Of a stretch of 46,714 nt of DNA, positions 35,799 through 45,782 are shown piece by piece (positions within the stretch are counted from its first letter, which is position 1; the number at the start of each line of letters is the position of its first letter). This stretch comes from an uncultured bacterium (GTDB taxonomy: Bacteria > CAIJMQ01): the NCBI GenBank assembly GCA_964573245.1, contig CAZNJA010000002.1, positions 1 to 46,714 of the forward strand, given 5' to 3'. The notes beneath the pieces were generated by a model that was not told the origin of the DNA, did not search any database, and was given only the letters and a program-made list of their open reading frames with translations. The position numbers and the translations under genes are program-made.

Positions 35799-36287
35799 AT
35801 GAAAAAAAATTATATCTTAATATTTTCGATACTGGCTTTTGTTTTATGCGCTTTATCTATAACACACGCCGAAGATATTTCAATAACAGATAAAAAAATC
35901 TTACCTAAGCGCCAGATTAGTGCGGATTCTCTAAGATGGGAATATGATGCCAAAACGGCCATATTCACTGGCAATGTTATTATGAAAGGCGAGGAGGGAG
36001 AAATCGGCTGCCTGAAAATGACTATATTTTTTAATGAAAAAGATGAAGTAGAAAAAATCATGGCAGAGGGGAATGCCATCTTGACAAGAGAAAAACAAAA
36101 AGGCAGTGGGAAAATAATAGAGATACACCCTAGTCAAAATCTCCTTATCCTGAAACAAGAAGCATGGATTTCCTCCGATAAGGCAACCTTTAACGGAGAA
36201 GAAATCATCTTTGACACAGAAAAAGAAATTATCAATATTACAAAAGGGGTAAGAGGAGAAATTCAGGCGGGCAGCGAAAAAGAATAA
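35799..36287 (+). CDS. lptA: LPS transport periplasmic protein LptA (OstA N-terminal-like)
   Basis: 162 aa with a signal peptide. I.ADSL.......A.FTGNV.........I....M.......... pattern. Position between lptC and lptB. Confidence 0.7.
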   Translation: MKKNYILIFSILAFVLCALSITHAEDISITDKKILPKRQISADSLRWEYDAKTAIFTGNVIMKGEEGEIGCLKMTIFFNEKDEVEKIMAEGNAILTREKQKGSGKIIEIHPSQNLLILKQEAWISSDKATFNGEEIIFDTEKEIINITKGVRGEIQAGSEKE

Positions 36288-36290
36288 CTT

Positions 36291-36360
36291 TAGATAATAG
36301 ACACTAGACCACAGACTAAAAGAAAGTCCAATATCTAATGTCTATGGTCTAATAACTATG
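36291..36360. repeat. Inverted heptamer arrays (TAGATAA TAGACAC TAGACCA CAGACTA ... ATCTAAT GTCTATG GTCTAAT AACTATG) in the lptA-lptB spacer
   Basis: Direct reading. TAGACCACAGAC (36305-36316) is complementary to GTCTATGGTCTA (36340-36351) with one mismatch. The right arm runs into the lptB start codon. Confidence 0.8.
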
Positions 36361-37086
36361 ATAACTATGCAACTGGAAGGCAAAAACCTTATTAAATTTC
36401 TAGGAAGGAAAAAGATAGTTAACGATGTATCTTTAAAAGTTAATAAAGGCGAAATCGTCGGGCTTTTGGGCCCCAACGGCGCAGGAAAAACAACTACCTT
36501 CCGATTGATGGTGGGGCTCTACAAGCCAGATAGCGGAGAAGTTAGATTAAACGATAAAAATCTTTCACAGTTTCCTTTATATTTAAGAGCGCGAAAAGGA
36601 GTAGGCTATCTTCCGCAGGAAAGTTCCGTATTTAGAAAATTAAGTGTAGAACAAAATTTTAAAGCAATATTAGAATTTCTGCCATTATCCAAAGCCAAAA
36701 AGCAGGAAAAAATGCAAGATAAACTCAAAGAGATGGGGCTTGAAAAGATAAGACAACGAATATCATACCTTCTCTCAGGAGGCGAAAGGCGAAAAGTCGA
36801 GATTGGAAGAATTCTTCTCTTGGGACCTAAATTCCTCTTGCTTGATGAACCGTTTACAGGAATAGACCCTCTTGGAGTTCAGGACATACAAAACATTCTC
36901 AACTCACTTAAAAATAAAGGCATGGGCATACTTATCACCGACCATAATGTACAGGACACACTAAAAATTACCGACAGAGCATATCTTATTTCCGGAGGCA
37001 GTATAACCTGTGAAGGCCATCCAAAAGAACTCCTTGCCAACCAAAAAGCTCGAGAGTTATACTTCGGGAATAGTTTTAATATGTAA
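36358..37086 (+). CDS. lptB: LPS export ABC transporter ATP-binding protein LptB
   Basis: 242 aa. GLLGPNGAGKTT, LSGGERRKVEI, LLLDEPF.GIDP. Start at ATG 36358 or ATG 36367. Confidence 0.9.
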   Translation: MITMQLEGKNLIKFLGRKKIVNDVSLKVNKGEIVGLLGPNGAGKTTTFRLMVGLYKPDSGEVRLNDKNLSQFPLYLRARKGVGYLPQESSVFRKLSVEQNFKAILEFLPLSKAKKQEKMQDKLKEMGLEKIRQRISYLLSGGERRKVEIGRILLLGPKFLLLDEPFTGIDPLGVQDIQNILNSLKNKGMGILITDHNVQDTLKITDRAYLISGGSITCEGHPKELLANQKARELYFGNSFNM

Positions 37087-37087
37087 G

Positions 37088-38809
37088 ATGATTGAAAGAA
37101 AACAACTTGCTTTAATTGTAGTCCTTGGTATTACATCAGTACTTTTTCTCCAAGGATGCTCTCATCTTTCCGCTGTTAAAGAAACAACACCAAATGTTAA
37201 TTCTTATCTTGCTTCCCGCTATCCGGCATCTTTCCCCCCCCTTCGTGAAAAAGCTGAACAGCGTATTCCCCTAATTGATGGCTATGATTTAGAGGAATAC
37301 GAACTATCCTATTCTGAGAAAGATTTTTACCGCTTGAAGAACTGGTCATGGGAACCAGCAGAGAATCTAAAGATAGAACTGGAGGATGGGTACCTTCTAA
37401 TCGGCTATACTCCTCGCGGAGCTACAGCTGCCGTTATTCTGCCTAAAAGAAAGCTATTAGTCTTTGCAAAAGAGTCAACCGGATGGAAGAAAATACCAGC
37501 GATTAGTCTCTATACGCGTTTTCATACCGATGAACTGGGCAATATATTCTCCGGAGCATTTATAGAAAATTCTGAAAACAGTGAACAATTTTCTCAAGCT
37601 GTTAAGGTTGTTAAATATAAAATCTGGAACTGGTGCTGTTCTAGCGCAGGGAAAGGTACTTGGAATGTCCTTATCCCAAAACCTGCAAACTATTCTATAG
37701 ATATAGATACTCCTCAAGGAAAACGTTTCAGTTGTTGGGTGAAAGACAATAATGCCCAAGACCCATTTTCATTTTTAAAATCAGGTGAGAAAAGTCCTCT
37801 AGGGCTTTTTTCCCTTGGAGCTCTATCTGCTCCTTCTCTCCTTGATATTAAAATTGACCCTTCTCAAGCAAAAGAAAACTTTGAACTCATCTGGTCTAAT
37901 TTTGACCGAATCTATCCTTCCTTTGTGAGAAAAGGTATTGACTGGAATGTTATTAAGGAACAGTATGAGTCTCGAGCTTCACAGGCAACGACAGTGAGTG
38001 AATTTCTCGACATTATCAAAGAAATGCTCTCTCAACTTAAAGATGAACATATCTGGATAAATACACCTGAAGGGCAACGGGATACTTATGATACTTACAA
38101 CCCAGAAATAAATTATAGTAATTATAATTTAAAATCCTTACGCAAATATATGGAATCCATTGAACAAGTTGGTAATAGTATATTACTTGGAAAAACCAAC
38201 GATAGCCTCGTTTATGTTGCTTTTACTTCTTGGAATACGGGCATAGAAAATGATATTGAAGAATTTAAAAAGCTTTTTCCCGATATCATTAATTTCAGAG
38301 GTATGATTGTTGATGTTCGCGCTAACTATGGAGGAAACGAACCTTTGGCAAGGGAAGTAGCAGCTTTATTTACGGATAAACCTGTAGTCTATGCAAGGAG
38401 CCAATTCCGTAATGGGCCCCTTCATACCGATCTAACCGAACCCTATGACCGTATCTTGGAACCCAATGAAGAAGGAATTTATTACTCTAAGCCGATTATT
38501 CTCCTTATCGGTCAAGGCTGTGCCAGTAGTAACGAATCCTTTGTCTCGGCTTTAAATGAACTTCCTCAGGTAACTCTTGTGGGAGACCGCACCGCTGGCT
38601 CTTCAGGAAACCCTACATTCATAGAGCTTAACTTACCTGTTAAGGTATCTGTTGGTATTCCTCAATGGATAGATTTATTGCCTGATGGAACTCCGTTAGA
38701 AGAAAAAGGAATTCAGCCGGATATTTTTGTCAAAGCATCCAAAGAGGATTTTTCTGGAGATAACGACCCGGGTTTAAAAAAGGGATTAGAACTATTCCAA
38801 AATCAATAA
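37088..38809 (+). CDS. S41 family peptidase lipoprotein (tail-specific-protease-like)
   Basis: Start set at ATG 37088, giving MIERKQLALIVVLGITSVLFLQGC (lipobox LQGC). S41-like core IVDVRANYGGN ... LIGQGCASSNESFV. The track's earlier start lies inside lptB. Confidence 0.7.
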   Translation: MIERKQLALIVVLGITSVLFLQGCSHLSAVKETTPNVNSYLASRYPASFPPLREKAEQRIPLIDGYDLEEYELSYSEKDFYRLKNWSWEPAENLKIELEDGYLLIGYTPRGATAAVILPKRKLLVFAKESTGWKKIPAISLYTRFHTDELGNIFSGAFIENSENSEQFSQAVKVVKYKIWNWCCSSAGKGTWNVLIPKPANYSIDIDTPQGKRFSCWVKDNNAQDPFSFLKSGEKSPLGLFSLGALSAPSLLDIKIDPSQAKENFELIWSNFDRIYPSFVRKGIDWNVIKEQYESRASQATTVSEFLDIIKEMLSQLKDEHIWINTPEGQRDTYDTYNPEINYSNYNLKSLRKYMESIEQVGNSILLGKTNDSLVYVAFTSWNTGIENDIEEFKKLFPDIINFRGMIVDVRANYGGNEPLAREVAALFTDKPVVYARSQFRNGPLHTDLTEPYDRILEPNEEGIYYSKPIILLIGQGCASSNESFVSALNELPQVTLVGDRTAGSSGNPTFIELNLPVKVSVGIPQWIDLLPDGTPLEEKGIQPDIFVKASKEDFSGDNDPGLKKGLELFQNQ

Positions 38810-41160
38810 TGCTTTCTAAAAACAAACCATTCTCTTTTGTCGATATTATCTCCAAGTTAGAGCGGCCTTTTCGACTTGAACAGAAATATAATTTTAATAA
38901 TCATTCCTGCAGTCCTTCGTTTAGTCATTATGTAAATCACTGGTTGGATAAAGCGTTGGAGTTGCCGCAACCCAGGTCTTCGTTAAAAAGGTTGAGAAGT
39001 TTAAAAACTATTTTCAAAGATTACGCTTTGCAGAACATAGACGCGCGGGAAAAAATATTCCAAAAAAGCAAAAAATTATTAAACGAAGCCAAATCATTGG
39101 TTTTTTTGGAAAAAGACATTCAGTATGTTAAAGGTGTAGGACCAAAAAGGGCCGCCATTTTAAAAAAAATGGGAATTAACATGGCCAGAGATTTATTGAC
39201 GCATTTTCCTTATCGGTATGAAGACCGCTCAAAATTCATCAAGATTGCGGAAACAAAGGTAGGGGATTATGTTACTCTAAAGGGAGAAATAAGGGCAAGG
39301 GATGATAGTATCAGATATGGAAGAACTAAACTTACAAAAGCAATTATTGACGACGGCAGCGGCAAAATTACAGGCGTATGGTTTAACCAACCGTATATGA
39401 AAAATCTGCTCCCCATGGGTAAAGAGATAATTTTGTCCGGTAGAGTGACAGATTTTACAGGCAAACAAATAGCGCATCCTACCTTTGAATTATCGGAAAA
39501 GAACGACCCTGTGCATACGGGAAGAATTGTGCCTTTATATCCCCTCACCAAAGGCATAGGAATGCGATACTTGAGAACTTTGGTGGACAGAGTGCTTAAA
39601 GAATCAGAAGATTTTCTGGCAGAATACCTGCCTGCAAATTTGGTTAAGACAAGAGAACTTATGGACTTTAAAGAATCTACAAGACAAATACATTTTCCCG
39701 ATAGTATAGAAGAGGAGGAAAAAGCGCGAAGTAGATTTATATACGAAGAATTCCTGTTTCTGCAGTTGGGGCTTTTGTTTATGAGAAAGATGAAAAAAGA
39801 ATTTAAAAAAACGAAATTTGAAGACGGCGGCGATTTAATAAGAAAGATGGAAGAAATCCTGCCGTTTTCTTTAACCGGTTCCCAGAAAAAAGTCCTAAGC
39901 AGAATAAAAGAAGATATGACTTCAGAACAACGTATGATAAGACTCCTGCACGGTGAAGTCGGCTCAGGCAAAACGGTAATAGCACTTGGAGCAATGCTGC
40001 TTGCAAAAGACAGCGGTTATCAATCCGCAATAATGGCTCCCACAGCGGTCCTTGCCGAACAGCACTATTTAACACTGCAAAGATTTGCTGTGCCCTTGGG
40101 GATGGAAATCGGGGTTCTCATAGCCGGACAAAAAGAAAAGGAGAGAAAAAACATTTTCAAAAAGTTGCGGGAAGGAAATATAGATATTTTAATCGGAACC
40201 CATGCTTTACTGCAAGAAAATGTTAAATTTAAAAATTTGGGAGTCGCAGTAATAGACGAAGAGCATAAATTCGGCGTATTACAAAGAGCGCATTTTGAGG
40301 AAATATTCAAACAAAAGCCGGAGATATTAATAATGAGCGCAACGCCAATTCCACGTTCGTTGGCCTTGGCCTTATATGGGGATATGGATATATCAACACT
40401 TAATGAGTTGCCCCCGGGCCGAACCCAAACCTTAACCTTCTGGCTCGAGGAAAGTAATAAGGATAAAGTCTACGATTTTATAAAAGAAGAATTGGATAAA
40501 AGGCATCAGGCGTTTATAGTAACGCCGCTTATCGAGAAATCCGAAAAACTGCAAGCCGATGCCGCCACCAAAACTTTCGAATTTCTTAAAGAAAATATTT
40601 TCCCTTCCTATAAACTTTCTCTTTTACACGGCAGAATAAAAAAAGACCAGCAACAAAAAATAATGAAAGGTTTCCGCAACAAAAAAACAGATATCCTTGT
40701 GGCAACATCTCTAATAGAAGTGGGGATAGATATTCCTTCGGCAACTGTAATGGTTGTTCTGAACGCCGAAAGGTTCGGGCTTGCCCAACTTCATCAACTG
40801 CGCGGCAGAGTAGGAAGAGGCGAATATAACTCTTACTGCATCCTCGTTTCCACCCCAAAAACGGAAGAAGGCAGAAAGCGGCTTAAAGCAATGACTTCTA
40901 CTTCAGACGGATTTGAAATTGCGCAGGAAGATTTGCAAATTCGCGGACCAGGGGAAATGCTCGGGACAAAACAACACGGCTTCCCGGAAATAAAATTGGG
41001 CGACATATCAAAAGACCTTAAACTGCTTGAACAAGCGCGGGAAGATGCGGAAAGTTTATTGAAAGAAAATCCTAAACTCGAAAATTACGAAACGATGAAA
41101 GATATCTTATATGGTAAATTCCCTTACATAAAAAAATTGTTTTTCAACAAAAAAGGATGA
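38809..41160 (+). CDS. recG: ATP-dependent DNA helicase RecG
   Basis: 783 aa. LKGVGPKRA..L.K.GI....DLL.HFPYRYEDR wedge region; helicase motifs GEVGSGKT, VIDEEHKFGV, SATPIPRS, QLHQLRGRVGRG. The N-terminal extension of about 100 aa leaves the start uncertain. Confidence 0.9.
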   Translation: MLSKNKPFSFVDIISKLERPFRLEQKYNFNNHSCSPSFSHYVNHWLDKALELPQPRSSLKRLRSLKTIFKDYALQNIDAREKIFQKSKKLLNEAKSLVFLEKDIQYVKGVGPKRAAILKKMGINMARDLLTHFPYRYEDRSKFIKIAETKVGDYVTLKGEIRARDDSIRYGRTKLTKAIIDDGSGKITGVWFNQPYMKNLLPMGKEIILSGRVTDFTGKQIAHPTFELSEKNDPVHTGRIVPLYPLTKGIGMRYLRTLVDRVLKESEDFLAEYLPANLVKTRELMDFKESTRQIHFPDSIEEEEKARSRFIYEEFLFLQLGLLFMRKMKKEFKKTKFEDGGDLIRKMEEILPFSLTGSQKKVLSRIKEDMTSEQRMIRLLHGEVGSGKTVIALGAMLLAKDSGYQSAIMAPTAVLAEQHYLTLQRFAVPLGMEIGVLIAGQKEKERKNIFKKLREGNIDILIGTHALLQENVKFKNLGVAVIDEEHKFGVLQRAHFEEIFKQKPEILIMSATPIPRSLALALYGDMDISTLNELPPGRTQTLTFWLEESNKDKVYDFIKEELDKRHQAFIVTPLIEKSEKLQADAATKTFEFLKENIFPSYKLSLLHGRIKKDQQQKIMKGFRNKKTDILVATSLIEVGIDIPSATVMVVLNAERFGLAQLHQLRGRVGRGEYNSYCILVSTPKTEEGRKRLKAMTSTSDGFEIAQEDLQIRGPGEMLGTKQHGFPEIKLGDISKDLKLLEQAREDAESLLKENPKLENYETMKDILYGKFPYIKKLFFNKKG

Positions 41161-41162
41161 AA

Positions 41163-41753
41163 CTACAATAAAGACAAAAGTTCTGCTTTGAATTGTTCTG
41201 TGTTTTCAAACAAGATTGTATTCATTCCCAAATCTTTTGCCGCAAGAATATTTTCTTCTTTATCGTCTATGAAAACCGCTTCATGCGGTTTCACCCGCAA
41301 TTTTCCTAAAGTATGCTCGTAAATTTTTTTATCGGGTTTAATCACGCCTTCAACGCAGGAAAAAACCGTCAAATCGAAAAAACCATAATTTTTGTCGCGG
41401 AAAAAATCCACCATAGGCGTTTCTGTATTCGATAAAAGCGCGATTCTATATCCTTTGTCTTTCAAGGAAGAAACAAATGAAATAACGTCATCCTTTTCCG
41501 AATAAACAGAACTGAACGCTTCGCTTAAGAGTGAATCAATGAACGGTTCTGCAACATTTAGGCATAAACAAACCTTTTTCCAAAATGTATTTTCGGTAAT
41601 TTTTCCCTTTGCAAAATCCTCGTAGAATCTTGAAGCTGTTTTAATGAAAACTTTTTCGGGCACGTTAAAATATTTGGAACAATACGCCATAAATCCTGGC
41701 ACGGGATTTTCAATCAATACTCCACCCCAATCCAAAATAATCGCTTTAATCAT
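41163..41753 (-). CDS. HAD-IA family hydrolase
   Basis: 196 aa. Motif I IILDWGGVL, motif II LLSNT, motif IV FIDD. Confidence 0.75.
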   Translation of the reverse strand: MIKAIILDWGGVLIENPVPGFMAYCSKYFNVPEKVFIKTASRFYEDFAKGKITENTFWKKVCLCLNVAEPFIDSLLSEAFSSVYSEKDDVISFVSSLKDKGYRIALLSNTETPMVDFFRDKNYGFFDLTVFSCVEGVIKPDKKIYEHTLGKLRVKPHEAVFIDDKEENILAAKDLGMNTILFENTEQFKAELLSLL

Positions 41754-41756
41754 AAA

Positions 41757-42470
41757 TCAATTACGGTTTCTTTTTGAAAGTAGAATTACTCTTCTAAAAT
41801 CCTCGGTTGTTTCTGCCCTTAAACACCTTTCTTTAAATTCTTTGTCTTGGGCTATTTGGGCAATAGACGCAAGGGCTTTAAGATGAAAATTCCTTTCGTC
41901 CCTTGTCCCTATAAGTATAAATGCTATATTCACAGGAGGAGATTCTTTGCTGAAAATTATGCCTTTTTTGCATCTTGCCAAAACCACGTCAAATATATTT
42001 TTGCCGGGAATTATAAGATGCGGGATGGCCAAACCCGGAATAATAGCCGTTGAGAAATGTCTTTCCCTTATCCATAACAATTTACAAATTCTATTATGGT
42101 CTATATTCAATCTACTGTTTAAAACATGTGCAACTTTGTCGAAAAATTCATCCAGAGTAATATTTTCTTCAAAATCCAAAATTGGACAATTCTGTATTAA
42201 CCTATTGAATCTGTCTAAAACTACTTTATTTTTTTCTCTGATTATCCGTCTTATTTCCCTTCTTCTGATGCTTTTTGCCAAGCGGCGGGGTAAAAGTTTA
42301 ATAACCGTGCGAATTATTTTTGACTCTTTGTGTGCTTTATGACGGATAAAAATGAAAAAGAAGACAAGCCCAAGTAAAACAATAAGCAGACAGCAAGTAA
42401 CGGGTGGAACATCAGACCTTAAAAAAGGTAAAAAGTCACAACACATATTTAGGTAACACCTTCTTAGCAA
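41757..42470 (-). CDS. Membrane-anchored PTS EIIA type-2 (PtsN/fructose-type) domain protein
   Basis: N-terminal TM (CCLLIVLLGLVFFFIFI), a basic linker, then GLAIPHLIIPG...VNIAFILIGTRDE...HLKALASIAQ, matching the EIIA-2 active-site His context. The start codon is uncertain. Confidence 0.6.
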   Translation of the reverse strand: MLRRCYLNMCCDFLPFLRSDVPPVTCCLLIVLLGLVFFFIFIRHKAHKESKIIRTVIKLLPRRLAKSIRRREIRRIIREKNKVVLDRFNRLIQNCPILDFEENITLDEFFDKVAHVLNSRLNIDHNRICKLLWIRERHFSTAIIPGLAIPHLIIPGKNIFDVVLARCKKGIIFSKESPPVNIAFILIGTRDERNFHLKALASIAQIAQDKEFKERCLRAETTEDFRRVILLSKRNRN

Positions 42471-42568
42471 AACCTTATAAAGTTATAATTTTCGACTCTT
42501 GTAAAAAGAATCTATTTTTATTTTTTATAATATTTCAGTATGCCTTTCTAACCCAACCAAATTATTTT

Positions 42569-45088
42569 CTACAAAGCAAATATTTTCTCGAAAACTTGAC
42601 CGATTTCTTCCACTAATACGAAATTGATATTCTTTTTTATATAAGCGGGAATTTCTATCAAATCTTTCTCGTTTTCTCTGGGAAGAATTATATCTTTAAT
42701 CCCGTTTCGGTAAGCCGCCAAAACCTTGCCTTTTATGCCTCCCACGGGAAGAACCTTGCCTCTTAACGTAATTTCTCCCGTCATAGCCACTTTTTTCCTG
42801 ACGTATTTTTTAGCCAGCGCCGAAGCTATCGCAACTGCCATTGCAATGCCGGCGGAAGGACCATCTTTGGGAATAGCACCCTCCGGAACATGGACATGAA
42901 TATCTATATCTTTATAAAAACCCTTCTTCAGTTTCAACTTTCCTTTATGCGAACGAATATATGACAAAGCCGCTTGAGCAGATTCTTGCATTACTTCCCC
43001 TAATTGTCCCGTTAGTATAAGTTTTCCCCTGCCTTCCATAACAGTTGCTTCAACAGGAAGAATCTCTCCTCCGGTTTGGCTTACAGCAAGGCCGATGGCA
43101 ACTCCCTTTTCGTCTTTCTCCTCCGCTACAAGATGATGATAACGTGGAGGCAATAGAAGTTTTTCAACCATCTTTTCGTCAATAGCAAACTTTCTTTTAT
43201 GCTTTGTTTCTACTTTTATTCTCGCTATTTTTCTTAAAATAGCAGAAAGTTCTCTTTCCAAATTTCTTACTCCGGCCTCGCGCGTATAATATCTTATTAT
43301 TTTACGGAGTGCTTCGTTAGATATGACTATTTCATTTTTCTTGAAACCGTGCGCTTTTTGTAATTTCGGCATTAGAAACTTAAGAGCAATATGTTTTTTT
43401 TCTTCTTCGGAATATCCGTCGAAATCCATTATTTCCATGCGGTCCAAAAGAGAATACGGTATAGAATACTCGGTATTGGCAGTGGTTATAAACATAACTT
43501 TTGAAAGGTCTAAATCAACATTTAAATAGTGGTCACCGAATTGGTTGTTCTGTTCTGGGTCAAGCACTTCCAGTAGCGCTGCAGAAGGATCACCCCTAAA
43601 ATCCATGCTCATTTTATCTATTTCATCCAATAAAAAAACAGGATTTTTGCTGCCTGCTTTTGCCATTGATTGCGCTATTTTACCCGGCAAAGAGCCAATA
43701 TAAGTTCTCCTATGTCCGCGTATCTCAGCTTCGTCCCTAACACCACCCAAAGAAATTCGCACGAATTTTCTGCCTAAAGCTCTGGCAATAGATTTGGCAA
43801 TGGATGTTTTTCCGACTCCGGGAGGTCCTGCGAAACACAAAATCGGGCCTTTGGGTTCTCCGACAAGTTTTCTAACCGCCAAATATTCCAGGATTCTTTC
43901 TTTCGCCTTTTCTAGTCCATAATGGTCTTCGTTTAGAATTTTCTTAGCTCTTTTGATATCAAGATTATCCTTTGTTTCTTTTTTCCAAGGCATATTAATT
44001 AGCCATTCAATATAATTGCGGATAACCGTAGCTTCGGGGGAAATGCTCATCATTTTAGAAAGTTTTTCAACTTCAGCAAAAGCCCTCTTTTCCACTTCTT
44101 TGGGCATTGCACTTTTGCGTATTTTGTCTTTTAGGGAGGAAATATCAGGGTCGTCTTCTTTTCCCAACTCTTTTTGAATAGCTTTCATCTGTTCCTGCAG
44201 ATAAAATTCTTTTTGAGTTCTAAGTATCTTATCCTTAACTGCTCCGTGGATTTTTTCTTCAACTTGCACAACTTCAATTTCAGTTTTTAACAGTTCTAAG
44301 ACTTTATTCAATCTCATGTAAACAGAGAACATCTCAAGTAACTTTTGTTTAGTCTGAGTTTTTAATGGAAGATATGAGGAAACTACATCTGCCAGTTTTC
44401 CTGCGCTCTCTATTTGCTGAATAGAATTCACATAATCGCCCCCGCCCTGTCCCGATAAAGGAATTCGCGGGGATGACATTTTTGCATTTAGTTTGGCATA
44501 GCGTTTAAATTCGTTTTTCACCTGATTGACAAGCAACTTTTCTTTTGTGGTATATGACGAAGGACTAACGGTATGAATAGAGGAATCCAGCATCTGATAA
44601 GACATGACGGCTTCTTCATAAGATACTTCCACCGTTATCGGCTGTTCTTTTTTCTTTCCGTTGGAAAAGGATTTTATTCTCACTCTTCTTAATCCTTCCA
44701 CAAGGATCTTCAAATATCCCTCATCCATTCTAACAACCTGGATTATTTTCCCCAAAGTCCCAACCCTATATAAATTTTGGGGCATAATATTTTCTATAGA
44801 TGGATTCTTTTGGCTAACGAGAACTATTTTTTTGCTTTTATTGGACCATGCCATATCTACGGCGTTGATAGACATTTTACGGCCAACAAGAAGCGGGACA
44901 AGCATGTAAGGGAATACAACCACGTCTCTTAAAGGAAGAATGGGGAAAACGTCCAAAGTTCGGTTAATGCCATTATCATCTTTAGCCGAATCACCTCGAA
45001 AATTTTGCGGCGGGATGGAAGTATTCTTATCTTTTCGACTATTGAGAGACTGATTTTTAAAAGACAACTCAAAAACCTCCTCTATCAA
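42569..45088 (-). CDS. lon: ATP-dependent protease Lon (endopeptidase La)
   Basis: [42 protein letters not shown] (catalytic Ser), GGIK.K. The track start is TTG 45088. TTG 45067, after GAGGAGG, is an alternative. Confidence 0.93.
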   Translation of the reverse strand: MIEEVFELSFKNQSLNSRKDKNTSIPPQNFRGDSAKDDNGINRTLDVFPILPLRDVVVFPYMLVPLLVGRKMSINAVDMAWSNKSKKIVLVSQKNPSIENIMPQNLYRVGTLGKIIQVVRMDEGYLKILVEGLRRVRIKSFSNGKKKEQPITVEVSYEEAVMSYQMLDSSIHTVSPSSYTTKEKLLVNQVKNEFKRYAKLNAKMSSPRIPLSGQGGGDYVNSIQQIESAGKLADVVSSYLPLKTQTKQKLLEMFSVYMRLNKVLELLKTEIEVVQVEEKIHGAVKDKILRTQKEFYLQEQMKAIQKELGKEDDPDISSLKDKIRKSAMPKEVEKRAFAEVEKLSKMMSISPEATVIRNYIEWLINMPWKKETKDNLDIKRAKKILNEDHYGLEKAKERILEYLAVRKLVGEPKGPILCFAGPPGVGKTSIAKSIARALGRKFVRISLGGVRDEAEIRGHRRTYIGSLPGKIAQSMAKAGSKNPVFLLDEIDKMSMDFRGDPSAALLEVLDPEQNNQFGDHYLNVDLDLSKVMFITTANTEYSIPYSLLDRMEIMDFDGYSEEEKKHIALKFLMPKLQKAHGFKKNEIVISNEALRKIIRYYTREAGVRNLERELSAILRKIARIKVETKHKRKFAIDEKMVEKLLLPPRYHHLVAEEKDEKGVAIGLAVSQTGGEILPVEATVMEGRGKLILTGQLGEVMQESAQAALSYIRSHKGKLKLKKGFYKDIDIHVHVPEGAIPKDGPSAGIAMAVAIASALAKKYVRKKVAMTGEITLRGKVLPVGGIKGKVLAAYRNGIKDIILPRENEKDLIEIPAYIKKNINFVLVEEIGQVFEKIFAL
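44440..44472. repeat. 33-nt GC-clamp hairpin inside lon, in-frame
   Basis: CCCCGC (44440-44445), 21 nt, GCGGGG (44467-44472). It encodes part of [14 protein letters not shown]. Confidence 0.6.
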
Positions 45089-45189
45089 GGATTAAAATAA
45101 ATTGGGGTAAGGAGACAGAATTCGTGAATTTACAAATATTTTCAATCTCTTGCTTATGTGATATCAAATTTATTACACCAACGCCTTTC

Positions 45190-45732
45190 TTATTCGGAAA
45201 TATTTTCCTCTTGAGATAATCGTTCCTTTCTTGTGGCAATTCTTTGCACATAAACTTTTATAGAAGTAATGCTGTCTATGCCCATTACGTCCTTGACATA
45301 TCGCGACACTAAATCTTGAAATTTAGAAGTAAGTTCGGGAAGGTTTACGTCTCTTTCTACGACCAAACGCGCATGAATTTCGATGCCATCTCTGCCTGCG
45401 ACTACCTGCGGTTTGGCATCTTTTATTTCGTGAATCTCCGAACTTAAACTTTTTACGTACCCTTCAAGTGCGTCATACGCAACCCTTACTTCTCCCAAGG
45501 GATTACTAAACGCCACTACAGGCATCTTGTTTAAATTTTTTACCGAGATAATTATCTCTATGATTCCCAACAAAACAAAACTAATGCCGACAATGAGAAT
45601 TTTTATGCCATGCTGTTTGACCAAGGAATCTATAGTAATTACGTCCATGCTGAATAAAATCATACTTACTCCCAGCAATATAAAAACCACTGTTGCTAAG
45701 AACAACATAAAACCGTTATATACTCTCATCAT
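45190..45732 (-). CDS. Asp23/Gls24-family membrane-anchored protein (AmaP-like alkaline shock response anchor)
   Basis: 180 aa with two N-terminal TM segments, then ...EVRVAYDALEGYVKSL...GIEIHARLVVERDVNLPELTSKFQDLV..YVKDVMGI, typical of Asp23-like domains. GGAGGG RBS. Confidence 0.6.
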   Translation of the reverse strand: MMRVYNGFMLFLATVVFILLGVSMILFSMDVITIDSLVKQHGIKILIVGISFVLLGIIEIIISVKNLNKMPVVAFSNPLGEVRVAYDALEGYVKSLSSEIHEIKDAKPQVVAGRDGIEIHARLVVERDVNLPELTSKFQDLVSRYVKDVMGIDSITSIKVYVQRIATRKERLSQEENISE

Positions 45733-45782
45733 AACCCTCCTTTCCCGCCGCTAAAACAGCGGCAAGGATTTATCCGCCTATT

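Noticed and set aside
37010-37087. Upstream extension of the S41 peptidase ORF
   Set aside because: It lies inside lptB. ATG 37088 gives a lipoprotein signal with an LQGC lipobox directly after the lptB stop.
39267-39971. 234-aa ORF antisense to recG
   Set aside because: It lies entirely inside a well-supported recG frame. It is Ser/Leu/Phe-rich with no motifs, which is typical of an antisense open frame in AT-rich coding DNA.
45089-45189. Sigma32-type heat-shock promoter upstream of lon (CCCCAATTT resembles the -10 CCCCATNT)
   Set aside because: No CTTGAAA-like -35 element lies at the required 13-15 nt spacing; the nearest candidates are 21 nt or more away.
45069-45251. 60-aa ORF spanning the amaP-lon spacer
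   Set aside because: It overlaps the 3' end of the Asp23-like gene in another frame and has no RBS and no motifs.
45747-45763. Hairpin GCCGCT-AAAAC-AGCGGC after accC as a terminator
   Set aside because: On the transcribed strand it is followed by GGGAAAGGAGGG (the RBS of the next gene), not by a U-tract. It is more likely a spacer structure within an operon.
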